Below, one piece after another: positions 25,001-37,960 of a stretch of DNA of 64,000 bases. Each line of letters opens with the position of its first letter. Position 1 is the first letter of the stretch. The stretch lies in contig NC_091985.1 of assembly GCF_044704955.1 (NCBI RefSeq), positions 210,366,001-210,430,000 on the forward strand, in the 5' to 3' direction. Below the pieces are notes generated by a model. That model was not told the origin of the DNA, did not search any database, and worked only from the letters and a program-made list of their open reading frames with translations. Origin of the DNA: Pristiophorus japonicus. Lineage: Eukaryota. The translations under genes and the position numbers were made by a program.

Positions 25001-25489
25001 CCAGACTGATTCCCGGGATGGCGGGACTGACCTATCAAGAAAGACTGGATCAACTGGGCTTGTATTCACTGGAGTTCAGAAGAATGAGAGGGGACCTCAT
25101 AGAAACATTTAAAATTCTGACGGGGTTAGACAGGTTAGATGCAGGAAGAATGTTCCCAATGTTGGAGAAGTCCAGAACCAGAGGTCACAGTCTAAGGATA
25201 AGGGGTAAGCCATTTAGGACCGAGATGTGGAGGAACCTCTTCACCCAGAGAGTGGTGAACCTGTGGAATTCTCTACTACAGAAAGTTGTTGAGGCCAATT
25301 CACTAAATATATTCAAAAAGGAGTTAGATGAGGTCCTTACTATTAGGGGGATCAAGGGGTATGGTGAGAAAGCAGGAATGTGGTACTGAAGTTGAATGTT
25401 CAGCCATGAACTCATTGAATGGCGGTGCAGGCTAGAAGGGCCGAATGGCCTACTCCTGCACCTATTTTCTATGTTTCTATGTTTCTATG
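22014..25489 (+). mobile_element. 5'-truncated young CR1 with intact ORF2
   Basis: Starts mid-ORF1 (matches ~4890), inserted in the H2A-H2B spacer paralog, ends in (TTTCTATG)3. Confidence 0.95.
22483..25389 (+). CDS. CR1 ORF2p, APE endonuclease plus reverse transcriptase, 968 aa intact
   Basis: GDFN and SDH endonuclease motifs; [21 protein letters not shown] and FADD RT motifs; no stops. Confidence 0.93.
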   Translation: MRKSGGQRNPRLRTKRTIVQQNSKRTEGVKKTSLKALCLNARSIRNKVDELTVQIDVNKYDVIGITETWLQDDQGWELNIQGYSTFRKDRIKGKGGGVALLVKEEIKAIVRKDISLDDMASIWVELQNTKGQKTFVGVVYRPPNSSSDVREGIKQEIRGACNKGAAVIMGDFNMHIDWANQTGSNTVEEDFLECIRDGFLDQYVEEPTRGEAILDWVLCNERGLISNLVVRGPLGKSDHNMVEFCIRMENETVNSETMVQNLKKANFEGMRRELAGMDWRIILKGLTVDGQWQTFRDRMDELQQLYIPVWHKNKKGKVAQPWLSREIRDSIKAKEVAYKLARNSSEPGDWEKFRTQQRRTKGLMRAGKIEYERKLAGNIETDCKSFYRYVKRKRLVKTNVGPLQSESGEVITGNKEMADQLNKYFGSVFTKEDTNNLPVIKGVGGSSKEEELREILISREIVLRKLMGLKADKSPGPDGLHPRVLKEVALEIVDALTVILQHSIDSGSVPMEWRVANVTPLFKKGGREKTGNYRPVSLTSVVGKMMESIIKDVIAVHLERGDMIGPSQHGFVKGKSCLTNLLEFFEDVSSRVVKGEPVDVVYLDFQKAFDKVPHKRLMCKVKAHGIGGSVLTWIENWLSDRKQRVGVNGYFLEWQAVTSGVPQGSVLGPQLFTLYINDLDEGIKCSISKFADDTKLGGSVSCEEDAVRLQSDLDRLGEWANAWQMKYNVDKCEVIHFGGKNRDTDYYLNGDRLGKGEVQRDLGVMVHQSLKVGMQVQQAVKKANGMLAFIARGFEYRGREVLLQLYRALVRPHLVYCVQFWSPNLRKDILAIEGVQRRFTRLIPGMAGLTYQERLDQLGLYSLEFRRMRGDLIETFKILTGLDRLDAGRMFPMLEKSRTRGHSLRIRGKPFRTEMWRNLFTQRVVNLWNSLLQKVVEANSLNIFKKELDEVLTIRGIKGYGEKAGMWY

Positions 25490-25763
25490 AAATCTGAGCC
25501 TCATTCCCTAAACAAGCTCTTAATTCCTCGGCAGGCGCTGTAAATGGGAACGAGCGACAAGGAATCGTGTTTGTAGCATGAATGGCGGGAAATTCAACAG
25601 CGGCCCCAACGTCGAACCAGACAGTGAAGCTGCTTATGAGAATTCAAAACTAATTCCACAGCTGGAACTGCAAAGGTTCCCAAACACACTTGTTCAGGAA
25701 ATAATTACAGTAAATTGAGTCTAAAGGGTGATGCGCTTTCGGTCTTTCAGAGAGGTTGTGGGT

Positions 25764-26889
<1,126 letters not shown>

Positions 26890-26890
<1 letters not shown>

Positions 26891-28240
26891 CAATAGTGAA
26901 ACTGCATTTGATCCTACCACTCTGTGTGGCTGTAAGATTCACAATGAAACTCAGCCACTTCGGATCACTGTTGGACTGACAGCTTCTGCTGCCTGTGATA
27001 ACAGGATTGAGGTCAGTTCTGTGTCTCTGCGCTCTGTGAGTGATAATGTACTTACTGTATGCGAGAAGGAGCTGCCTGCACTTTGTCTTGTGTTCTGGGT
27101 GGAAGAAATATCATATTTATACTGGCTCAATGAAGTATTTTGCTTTGAGAATAATAATACCAGAAAAATATTAGTTATGATATGGACAACTGATGGGGAA
27201 AATATAAAATAAAGTTGTAATGAATGTATATGTTTATAATAAAGTAAAGTATCTGGAAAGAGGAAACCGTGATACAAACAGTGTTCTTGTCTGACCTCAC
27301 TGCAGTACAGCAGCACTCAGATTTTCCACACCAGGTGTGTAGGACGGTTCTATAGAAAGTTATCAGCAACCAGACACAACCCAAACCCAGCACTGGTCCA
27401 TGAATGGGATCACCCGATTAATACAATCGAGGTTTATATCCTCCACTCCCATAGGACTACCTGTAAAATTCTGAATCGCTTTCTGGATTATAACCACAGG
27501 TACCTGGGCTGTACAACAATTGTTCTCAGTCTATTGGAACCGAGTTAAGTGCCTGTGCAGTCAACAGAATGTCATAGAGCCCGGATCATGATGTATCTGA
27601 GGGAGCGACAATGTATCTCTCGATCACCTTCAACACGGATCTGGAGAACTCAATGCACCGAAACAAAATTACCAAATTTGAAATGTCTACTTTCTGTCCT
27701 GGTGCCTGCAATAGATACACTTTGTGACACTCCTCACATCCTCACTGTCAGGCTGTGTTTCCACTGTTCAATGTCCAAGAAGGGCAGACACGGTGAGATT
27801 GGGACTGAATCAGGAACATTCACTACTGGTTTGGTGACAGAAACCAGCAATGATTTGAAAGAGTGTGGTGATTAACTTTCTCTGTTACCTTACACTGTAC
27901 ACACACAGCCCGGGATATCTCCGCTCCCTTCCCCCACTCACTCCATGTTCCCAAACTACTTCCTGCTCCATTCTGCCTCTTACAAGCAGCCCCCGATTCC
28001 CCGACACAAAGCCCATTTGCGGAAACAGTCTCAATGTGACGAGCTGCTGTAAGGAGGCTGCTGTTTGCTCCCTTACTCTGGCCTGGAATATCTCCGCTCC
28101 CTGATGTGTTCAATGATCATCAGCCCAGCACAGAGGAAATGGCAGCCACTGGCAGAGCTGGGGAAGGGGAGCTCGCATGTGCCCTTCCTGTCAGTTTAAA
28201 TACTGGGCGGGAGACAAGTGGGGGGGGGGGCGGTGTTGGG
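26890..28240 (-). other. Non-coding promoter plus spliced-exon cassette, copy 2
   Basis: Homologous to 1255-2260; donors at 28071-28076, ~27888 and ~27050. Confidence 0.6.
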
Positions 28241-28334
28241 GGGGAGCAGGCAAGTATTTCAATGCTGGAGCGTGAAGCTTGGAGGTGAATCTGGAAGCTC
28301 AGAGGCCGCTGTCTCTGCTCAATCTGTCACCCTG

Positions 28335-29511
28335 TATTGTTCAGACTATGGGATGTGAGTGTGGGTTTTACACTGTATAGTTCAGACTATGGGATGTGAG
28401 TGTGTGTTTTACACTGTTTCATTCAGACTATGGGATGTGAGTGTGTGTTTTACACTGTATAGTTCAGACTATGGGATGTGAGTGTGTGTTTTACAGTGTA
28501 TTATTCAGACTATGGGATGGGAGTGTGGGTTTTACACTATATAGTTCAGACTATGGGATGTGAGTGTGTGTTTTACACTGTATAGTTCAGACTATGGGAT
28601 GTGAGTGTGTGTTTTACACTGTTTCGTTCAGACTATGGGATGTGAGTGTGTGTTTTACACTGTATAGTTCAGACTATGGGATTTGAGTGTGTGTTTTACA
28701 CTGTATTGTTCAGACTATGGGATGTGAGTGTGTGTTTTACACTGTATCGTTCAGACTATGGGATGTGAGTGTGTGTTTTACACTGTATAGTTCAGACTAT
28801 GGGATGTGAATGTGTGTTTTACACTGTATAGTTCAGACTATGGGATGTGAGTGTGGGTTTTACACTGTATAGTTCAGACTATGGGATTTGAGTGTGTGTT
28901 TTACACTGTATAGTTCAGACTATGGGATGTGAGTGTGTGTTTTACACTGTATTGTTCAGACTGTGGGATGTGAGTGTGTGTTTTACACTGTATAGTTCAG
29001 ACTATGGGCTGTGAGTGTGTTTTACACTGTATAGTTCAGACTATGGGATGTGAGTGTGTGTTTTACACTGTATAGTTCAGACTATGGGATGTGAGTGTGT
29101 GTTTTACACTGTATAGTTCAGACTATGGGATGTGAGTGTGTGTTTTACACTGTATAGTTCAGACTATGGGATGTGAGTGTGTGTTTTACACTGTATTGTT
29201 CAGACTATGGGATGGGAGTGTGGGTTTTACACTATATAGTTCAGACTATGGGATGTGAGTGTGTGTTTTACACTGTATAGTTCAGACTATGGGATGTGAG
29301 TGTGTGTTTTACACTGTTTCGTTCAGACTATGGGATGTGAGTGTGTGTTTTACACTGTATAGTTCAGACTATGGGATGTGAATGTGTGTTTTACACTGTA
29401 TAGTTCAGACTATGGGATGTGAGTGTGTGTTTTACACTGTATAGTTCAGACTATGGGATGTGAGTGTGGGTTTTACACTGTATAGTTCAGACTATGGGAT
29501 GTGAGTGTGTG
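28335..29511. repeat. Homogeneous 41-bp minisatellite (~28 copies)
   Basis: TTCAGACTATGGGATGTGAGTGTGTGTTTTACACTGTATAG. Confidence 0.97.
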
Positions 29512-29514
29512 TTA

Positions 29515-30225
29515 AATTTTATATGAATCAAAAAGCAGAATGTTTAAAAGAGGAGAGACTTGTAAATGTCGTTATTCAGGGGGATTTGAGTGTCATTGTG
29601 CACGAATCACATATCGTTAACTTGCAGCTACTGCAAGCAATTAGGAAGGTAAAGGATATGTTGGCCTTTATTACAAGGGGTTTGGAGTATAAGAGTAAAG
29701 AAATGTGGCTGCAATTATGTAGGGCTTTGGTGAGACCACACCTGGATTACTGGGCACAGTTTTGGTCTCATTGCCTAATGAAGGATATTAGAGGGGGTGC
29801 AACATTGAATCCTGGGATAGGGAGATTGAGTGAAATGCACCTATACACTCTGGAGTTTAGAAGAATGAGAGCTGAGCTCATTGAAATCTAAAAAAAATCT
29901 TAGAAGTCTTGGCAGGGTAGATGCTGTGAGGATGTTTCCCTTTGCTGGATAGTCTAGATCTAGGGGTCATAGTCTCAGGATAAGGGATCGAACACTTAGG
30001 ACTGAGATGAGGAGCAATGTGTTCACTCAGAGGGATGTGAATCTTTGGAATTCTATACACATAGGTCTGAGACACTCAGTCATTGAGTATATTCAAGACA
30101 GAGAACAAAGGGAATCAAGGGAAATGGGTATCAGGCAGGAGTTCAGGGTGAAGTTCAGCCATGAATGTAATGAATTGCGGAGCAGGCTCGAGCGGCCTTA
30201 CCGCCTGCTATTTCTTATTCTCTTA
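29515..30225 (+). mobile_element. Old CR1 3' fragment
   Basis: ALVRPHLDYWAQFWS and a decayed tail. Confidence 0.8.
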
Positions 30226-30227
30226 TA

Positions 30228-32000
30228 GCTGTCAGTATCTGGTACATGAGTGTTGTTCTTTCTTCAGTTTTTGGTGGGCAAAAGTGGGTTTTATTATACA
30301 CCATGTCAGCTTCTGGAATGTGACTGCGAGTTCCACTCTGTTTTTGCCTGTCTCCGGGATGTGAATGTGGATTTTACTCCGTACCTGTCGGTCTCTGGTA
30401 TGTCAATGTGGGTATTACCCTGTACCTGTCAGTTTCTCATATGTGATTGGGAATTTATTCTGTACTTGTCAGTTTCTGTTATGTGAGTTTTATTCTGTAC
30501 CTGTTATTTTCTGAATTTGTAACATGGGTTTTCCTCTGTACCTGCCAGTTTCTGGGATGTGAGTGTAATTTTTTGTCTGTACCTGTCTGTTTCCGGTATC
30601 GGAATGTAGGTAAAACTATGTAGTTCTCAGTCTCTGGGATGTGAGTGTGCGTTTTACTCTGTATCAGTCACGTCTTTGTTATGAGAGTGGGTTTTATTCT
30701 ATAGCTGTCTTTCTCTGCTATGCGAGTGTGATTTTACACTTTATCATTCAGACTCTGGTATGTGAGTGGGGTTTTATTCTGTACCTGTCATTTTCTCGTT
30801 TGTTAACGTGGGCTTTAATCAGTACCTGGCAGTTTCTGATATGCGAGAGTGGATTTTAGCCTGTATCTGTCAATTTATGATATCTGAGAGTGGGTATCTC
30901 TCATTGTCTTTTATGTAAGTGTAAGTTTTACTCTGTATAGCTTAGTCTCGGATATGGGAGTGCAGAATTTACTCTATAGCTGTGTGTGTGTGATGCAAGT
31001 GTGGATTTTACTCTGTATCTGTTAGTCTCTGATGTGAGAGTGAGAGTTTTACTCTGTATCTATTAGTCTCTGATGTGAGAGTGTGAGTTTTACTCTGTAT
31101 CTGTTAGTCTCTGATGTGAGTGTGTGAGTTTTACTCTGTATCTGTCAGTTTCTGGTATGCAAGTGTGGTTTTCCTCTATCATTCAGGCTCTGGGATGAAA
31201 GTGAGAGTTTTACTCTGTATGTTAATATCTGTGATGTGAGTCTGGGTTGTACTCTGCAACTTTCATTTTCTCAAATTTGAGTTGGGTTTTATTTTGTACC
31301 TGTCAGTTTCTAGTATATGAATAGGGGTTTTAATCTGTACCTGTCAGTTTCTGCTGTGATAGTGCTGCTTTTGTGCTGTATCTGTCAGTTTCTGATGTGT
31401 GAGTCTGTTTTATTCTATACCTGTTAGGCTGTGGGATGTGAGCATGTGTTTGACTCTGCATCGATCAGTATCTTTTATGTGGCTGTTGATTTTGCTCTGT
31501 AGCTGTCACTCTCTGGGATGTGAATGTGGGTTTGACTCTGTAGGTGTCATTTTCTCATGTGTGAGTGTGTTATAGACTGTATGTGTCATTCTCTGTGGTG
31601 TGAGTGTGGGCTTTACTCTGTATCTGTCAGTCTTTGGAATGTGAGTATGGTTTTAATCTTTATCTGTCAATTTCTGGTATTTGTCTGTTGTTGTTACTCT
31701 CCAATTGTTAGTTTCCAGGATGTGATTGTGTATTTTAATCAGTACCTGCCAGTTTCTTGTACCGGAGTGTGGATATTAGTCATATCTTCCAGTCTCTGGT
31801 ATGTGAGTGTGTGTTTTACTTTATAACTGTCTGACTCTGGGATGCAAGTGTATTTTATTCTGTATTTGCTGGTTTACAGAATGTATTAACAAAAACTGAG
31901 AGGTACAGAATAAAAGTCATGTGAATATCCATTTTACTCTGCACCAGTCACTTTCCGATATGTGAGTGTGGATTTTAACCTATATCTGCCAGTCAGTCAG
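30228..32000. repeat. ~41-bp minisatellite family, degenerate
   Basis: Recurring TTTTACTCTGTAYCTGTCAGT...ATGTGAGTG. Confidence 0.85.
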
Positions 32001-32039
32001 TGTGTTACCATATGTGATTGTGATTCAATCTCAATCCGT

Positions 32040-32440
32040 CATTCACTGTGCCCGAGAGTATGCATCATTCTGTCTCTCTCAGTCCCTGGTACTGTTTGTA
32101 GATTGGGATCCATTCTGTGTCTCTCAGTCCCTGGCACTGTGTGTAGGTGTGGGGTTCATTCTGTCTCTCTCAGTCCCTGGTACTGTTTGTAGATTGGGAT
32201 CCATTCTGTGTCTCTCAGTCCCTGGCACTGTGTGTAGGTGTGGGGTCCATTCTGTGTCTCTCAGTCCCTGGCACTGTTTGTAGGTGTGGGGTCCATTCTG
32301 TGTCTCTCAGTCCCTGACACTGTTTGTAGGTGTGGGGTCCATTCTGTGTCTCTCAATCCCTGGCACAGTTTGTGGGTGTGGGATCCATTCTGTGTCTCTC
32401 AGTCCCCGGCACTGTTTGTGGGTGTGGGGTTCACTATGTC
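32040..32440. repeat. 44-46-bp minisatellite (~9 copies)
   Basis: CATTCTGTGTCTCTCAGTCCCTGGCACTGTTTGTAGGTGTGGGGTC. Confidence 0.9.
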
Positions 32441-32749
32441 TCTGTTAGAATGGTGATGTGTGTGAGTGCAAGAGTTATTATGTAATTGACAGTCTCTTGT
32501 TGTCAGCTATTCTTGCTGTGTGACTGTTGGATTCTGTTCCTTCTTTAGGCCTATGCTAGTTTGAGATTATCCGTGATTGTCTCAGGAGGAGGTTTGGTTC
32601 AGTCCATTACCTCCGTTTCTCTGCTCTTGTATGTTAGTTGCTGGGTTTGAGAGTCAGTGTACCGACACCAGTGTGGATTGACACCGTGTCAGTCAGTCCT
32701 TGTGTGTGAGCAAGGGAGTGAAAATGGATCTGCCTCTCAGAGCGATATG

Positions 32750-34660
32750 TTTGGACTTTGAAACAACATCTTATTGTACTGTTCCAAGTGACTGTGGGAT
32801 TCATAATGTAACTCTGGGATTCGGATCACTGTGGGACTGACAGCTTCTGCTACCTGTGACAATATGATTCTGTGTCTCTGCGCGCTGTGAGTGATAATGT
32901 ACTTACTGTGTGTGAGAAGGAGCTGCCTGCACTGTTCCTTGTGTTCCAGGTGGCGGAAAGATCACATTTATTCTGGGGGTGAAGTATTTTGCTCTGAGAA
33001 TAATAATATGAGTAAAATATTAGGTACAAGTCATGGACAGGTGCCCATAGACTATAACAATAAAGTTATAATTAATGTGTTTCTTTATAATAAAGTAAAG
33101 TATCTGGAGAGAGGAATGCGCGATACAAACAGTGACATTGTCTGACCTCACTGCAGTACAGCGGCACTCAGATTCTCTCATCATCATCATCATCATAGGC
33201 GGTCCCTCGAACCAGGATGACTTGCTTCCACGTGAGCTGACAGATGTTTCAATGAAGGACCTGATATTCCAATCCTGACTCCAATTGAAAGGGTGGAAGA
33301 TGCCTGTGCGTGGATTTTTTTAACGTGTGGTGACCGTTGCACATCAGCCACCACACAGGCTTGACAGAGCTAGGACTTTATCCAGTGGCAAGGGTAGACC
33401 AGGACTGGAGACCTGCTCGGCTGCACAGACCTAGTGCGCACAGACCCAGTGTGGGCTGGCCTGTGCTGCCCCTGGGCCATCGGCTCTTCTGGGCCCTGTA
33501 CCCTCATTCGCCGCACCTCCGTCACAATCTCTCGTCGCTCCTCCACCACAAACATTCGCCGAACCTCCGCCATGATCTCCCACCGCACATCCATTACAAA
33601 CATTCGCCGAACCTCCGCCACGATCACCCACCGAATCTCAGCCACGATCCCTCAATGCCCCTCCGCCTCGATCACTCACCACACCTCCGCCACGACCATG
33701 AGCAGAGGAGCGGGACGGTCGTGGCGGAGGTGTGGTGAGTGATCAGATTCCCCACACCAGCTGTGTCAGACGGTTCTATCATCAGTTATCAGCATCCAGA
33801 CACAACCCAAACCTAGCACTGGTCCATGAATGGGAACACCCGATTGGCAGAGTCCAGATTTATATCTCCCACTCACATGGGACAATCTGTAAAGTTCTGA
33901 ATCGCTTCCTGGATTATAAGCACAGGTATCTGGGCTGTACAACAATTGTTTTCAGTCTAATGAAACAGAGTTGAGAGCCTGTACAGTTAACAGAATGTCA
34001 CAGATGTATCTGAGGGAGCGACAATGTATCTCTCGATCACCTGCAACACGGTTCTAGAGAATTCAACACACCGAAACAAAATAACCGATTATTGAAATGT
34101 CTCCTGTCACACTCCTCTCCTGGTGCCTGCAATAGATGCACTTCGTGACACTTCTCAGTCAGGCTGTGTTTCCACTGTTCAATGTCCAAGAACAACAGAC
34201 ACTGTGAGATTGGAACTGAATCAGGAACATTCATTACTGATTTGGGGAAAGAAAGCAGCACTGATTTGAAAGAGCGAGGTGATTTACTTTCTCTGTTACC
34301 TTACACCGTACACACACAGCCCGAGAATGGCTTCTCCCTTCCCCCACTCACTCCATGTTCCAGAACTAATTCCTGCTCCACTCCACCTCTTACAGACAGC
34401 CCCGACTGCCGCTGAACTTACCCCGACTCAAAGCCCATCTGTGGACACAGTGCTAATGTGATGAGCTGCTGTAAGGAGGCTGCTGTTTGCTCCCTTACTC
34501 GGGCCCGGGATATCTCCGCTCCCTGATGTGTTCAATGATCATCAGCCCAGCACAGAGGAAACGGCAGCCGCTGACAGAGCTGGGGGAGGGGAGCTCACAT
34601 GGGCCCTTCCCGTCGGTTTAAACACTGGGCGGTGAGAGGGGGGAGCAGCATGTATTTAGT
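32750..34660 (-). other. Non-coding promoter plus spliced-exon cassette, copy 3 (interrupted at 33178-33742)
   Basis: Homologous to copy 2; donors at 34493-34498, ~34299 and ~32901. Confidence 0.6.
33178..33742 (-). mobile_element. Non-autonomous retroposon with (TGA)n tail, probably RTE-tailed
   Basis: 3' end GTGGAAGCAAGTCATCC...GGGACCGCCTATGATGATG; TCAGATTC flanking duplication (33168, 33743); further copies at 49006 and 63275. RTE assignment from recollection only. Confidence 0.7.
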
Positions 34661-34799
34661 GCATGCTCAGACCATCTTTTTGTCACTATTTAAATCAGCA
34701 AAAATGGGATTGTTTCACAAGTTGCTTTTATCACTAATTAAATGGGCCACATTGAGAGAATTTTAATTATAATCCGAATTACCAACAAAATGATTCGGT

Positions 34800-35345
34800 G
34801 AGCCGGACACTGGAGTGGGATTTCCTAGAGAGTTTTACTCTTTCCGTCAGTCTCTGGTGTGTGAGTGTGTCCCTGTCATTTCTGATAGGGGACTATGGGT
34901 TTTACTTGCTGCATATTATTGTTCTGATGGGTTTTATTCTGTACCTGTCAGTCTCTGCTATGGGAATGTGGGTTTTATTCTGTACCTGTCAGTCTCTGCT
35001 ATGTGAGTGTGTGTTTTATTCTGTATCTCTTAGTTTCTGCTATGTGAGTGTGGGTTTAATTCTGTTCCTATCAGTTTATGCTATGGGAATGTCGGTTTCA
35101 TTCTGGACTCGTCAGTCTCTGATATGCAAAAATGGGTTTTACTCTACCTGTCAGCTTCTAGTATGCGAGTGTGGGTTTTTATCCTCAGTTTATGGTGGGA
35201 GAGTGTGGGTTTTATTCTGTAGCTGTCAGTCTATGTTGTGAAAGTGTGCATTTTACTCTGTACCTGTCAGTTTCTAGTATGTGAGTGTAGGTTTTATTTG
35301 TACCTGTCAATCTCTGGAATGTGAGTTTGGGTTTATTCTATTTTA
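34800..35345. repeat. ~41-bp minisatellite family, degenerate
   Basis: Same unit as 25936-26890. Confidence 0.85.
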
Positions 35346-35719
35346 ACCTGGCTATGAAACCTGCTCCCTCGCGGCATAGGTGTCCTCTGGAAATAAACTC
35401 AGCAGATCAGTACGAATCGCTTGCCGATTATTCAAAAGTTTCAGATAAATGCAGAAAATGACCAAACTGCTTCAAAAACAGACACAAGCTGTCAAAAATA
35501 ATGGAAAACAAGGCCCAGTAGATTTAGAGAGAGAGCTCGGGCTGGTGGGAATCCATCACTGGATCGTTCACATAAGCCGAGTGGATTAATTTGGTGATAA
35601 TACGAATTCACTGGTAGGTATTTGATGAGTAAGGTAAATAATCACCAGATTGGAATTTATCTTTTTCTTGTAACATCACAGAAAAGTGGATCGCAAGCAG
35701 GGTGGAGGAATTTGGTGAT

Positions 35720-36820
35720 AGTAGGAATTCATTGCAAATTATTGACCTGGTTAGGAAATTGACTGAGCTGCAGGAGACAGAGGGTAGGGACAAAGGTTGG
35801 TTCTCAAGTTGACAGGATGTGGTGTCCCACAGGGATCTGTGTTGGGGATTCAACTATCTCTAGTATTTATTAATGACTTAGTTGATGGCATAGAAAGTCA
35901 TATATCTAAATTTGCCGCTGAACACAAAAGAAAGATGGCATTGCAGGCAGTGTAGTTGAAAGCATCAAATTACAAAGGGATAGCGATAGATTAAGTTCAT
36001 GAGCAAAGCTGCGTCAAATCGATTTCAATGTAGACAAATGTGAGGTCATCCACTTTGGACCTAAAAAGGATACAAGAGGGTACTTTCTAAATGGTAAAAA
36101 GCTAAAAACAGTGGAAGTCCACAGAGACTTGGGAGTCCAGGTACAGAGATCATTAAAATGTCATGAACAAGTACAGAAAATAATCAGAAAGGCTGATGGA
36201 ATGCTGGTTTTTACATCTAGAGCACTAGAATACTAGGGGGTAGAGGTTATGCTGCAGCTATACAAAGCCCTGGTTAGCCAACACCTGGAGCACTGTGAGC
36301 AGTTCTGCGCATCATGCCTTAGGAAGGTTATATTGGCCTTGGAGCGAGTGCAGCGTAGATTTACCACAATGATACTCGGACTCCAAGATTTAAGGTATGA
36401 GGAAAAATTACACAAATTAGGGCTGTATCCCCTAGAATTTAGGTTAAGGGCTGATCTGATCGAAGTTTAAGATATTAAGCGGAACAGATGGGGTAGATCG
36501 AGAGAAACTATTTCCGCTGGTTGGGGATTCTGGGACTCGGGGCATAGTCTAAAAATTAGAGCCAGAACTTTTAGCAGTGAAATGAGGAAACACATTTATA
36601 CATAATGGGTGGTAGAAGTTTGGAACTTGCTTCCTCAAACACCAATTGATGCTAGGTCAGTTGTTAATTTTAAATCGGAGATTGATAGCTGTTTGTTAAC
36701 TAAAGGTATTAAAGGATCTGGTCAAAAGGTGGGTATATGGAGTAAGGTCGCAGATCAGCCAGGATCTCATTGAATGGGGGAACAGGCTCGAGGGGCTCAA
36801 TGGCCTACTCCTATTCCTAT
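35720..36820 (+). mobile_element. Old CR1 fragment
   Basis: Decayed RT C-terminus and tail. Confidence 0.8.
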
Positions 36821-37489
36821 GGAGCAGTTGCCAGGACTGGTGAAATAATCCAAATAAAGATTCATTTGCCGAGACTCTGCAGCAGTTGTTTTCTGCTGGT
36901 AAATACCAGAATCAAATTGATCAGAATGCACCAATTGAAACAGAAAACTCAGCACTTTCTGGGGAGGTGAATGGCCGAGACACATTGATACTGAACTGTA
37001 TTTAGTGAGCAACAGAACAAGGAGGAAGAGACAATCTCACACAGACACATACACACACGTAGAGACATACCCACAGAAGCACATACACAAGCACGTACAC
37101 ATTCATATATCAAAATATATACATAAACACATACACAGCCACAAAGATTGACACACATACACTTCTCTAATTGGCGAGTAGCTCGGAACTGTGGATGAGC
37201 AGAGATTTTTCGGGGCAGGGGTATAAAATAATACGGAGGTAAAGCAGGTGGAAGGAGTTAAGAGACAGATCAGCCCTGATCTCACTGAATGGGGGAACAG
37301 GCTCGAGGAGCTGAATGGCCTGTTCCTGTTCCGATGTTCCTTCCTCCACTTTATCTCCAGTGTCACTATCAAGCACTCCCAGGGCACATACAATACTGAG
37401 CACCCTCTACATTACCTTGTCATTACTACTGTCACTCTGTCCCCAGCCCTACTCCAGACCATTTCTGTTCCTGAATTTATAAACTAGGA

Positions 37490-37960
37490 AAATGTAGAAA
37501 CGATAAATCCTCGGGACTGGATGAATTGCATCCGCGCAAACTAAACCATGCAAAGGAAGAGCCCATTGAGAGAATTGTGTTCAGTTCTGGACCTCACGAA
37601 TGATGTATTAGCTTTGGCAGGGGTGCAGTACAGATTCAGCAGATTGATACCGGGGCTAAAAAGGATTAAATTATGAGGACAGGTGGCATAGACAAGTCTT
37701 TTACTTCCTTGAAGATAGAAAATTAAGGATGATATCATTGACATGTTTTAGATGATAGAGAGATACTATTTCATCTGGTGGGAGAGTCCAGAACAAGGGG
37801 AATAAACTTAAAAGTTAAAGCTAGGCCGTTCAGGAGTGAGGCCAGAATGCACTTCTTCACACAAAGGTCAGTCGCAATCTGGAAATCTCTCCCCCAAAAA
37901 GCTGGAGCTCAACTGAAACATTCAAGACTCAGACTAACTGATTTTTGTTAGGTTGGGTTC
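37490..37960 (+). mobile_element. Old CR1 fragments
   Basis: Decayed ORF2 pieces. Confidence 0.6.

Noticed and set aside
30161-32456. Cys/Val/Ser-rich ORFs
   Set aside because: Translations of minisatellite.
37030-37165. CA-rich tract (also ~37975-38025)
   Set aside because: Ordinary degenerate microsatellite.
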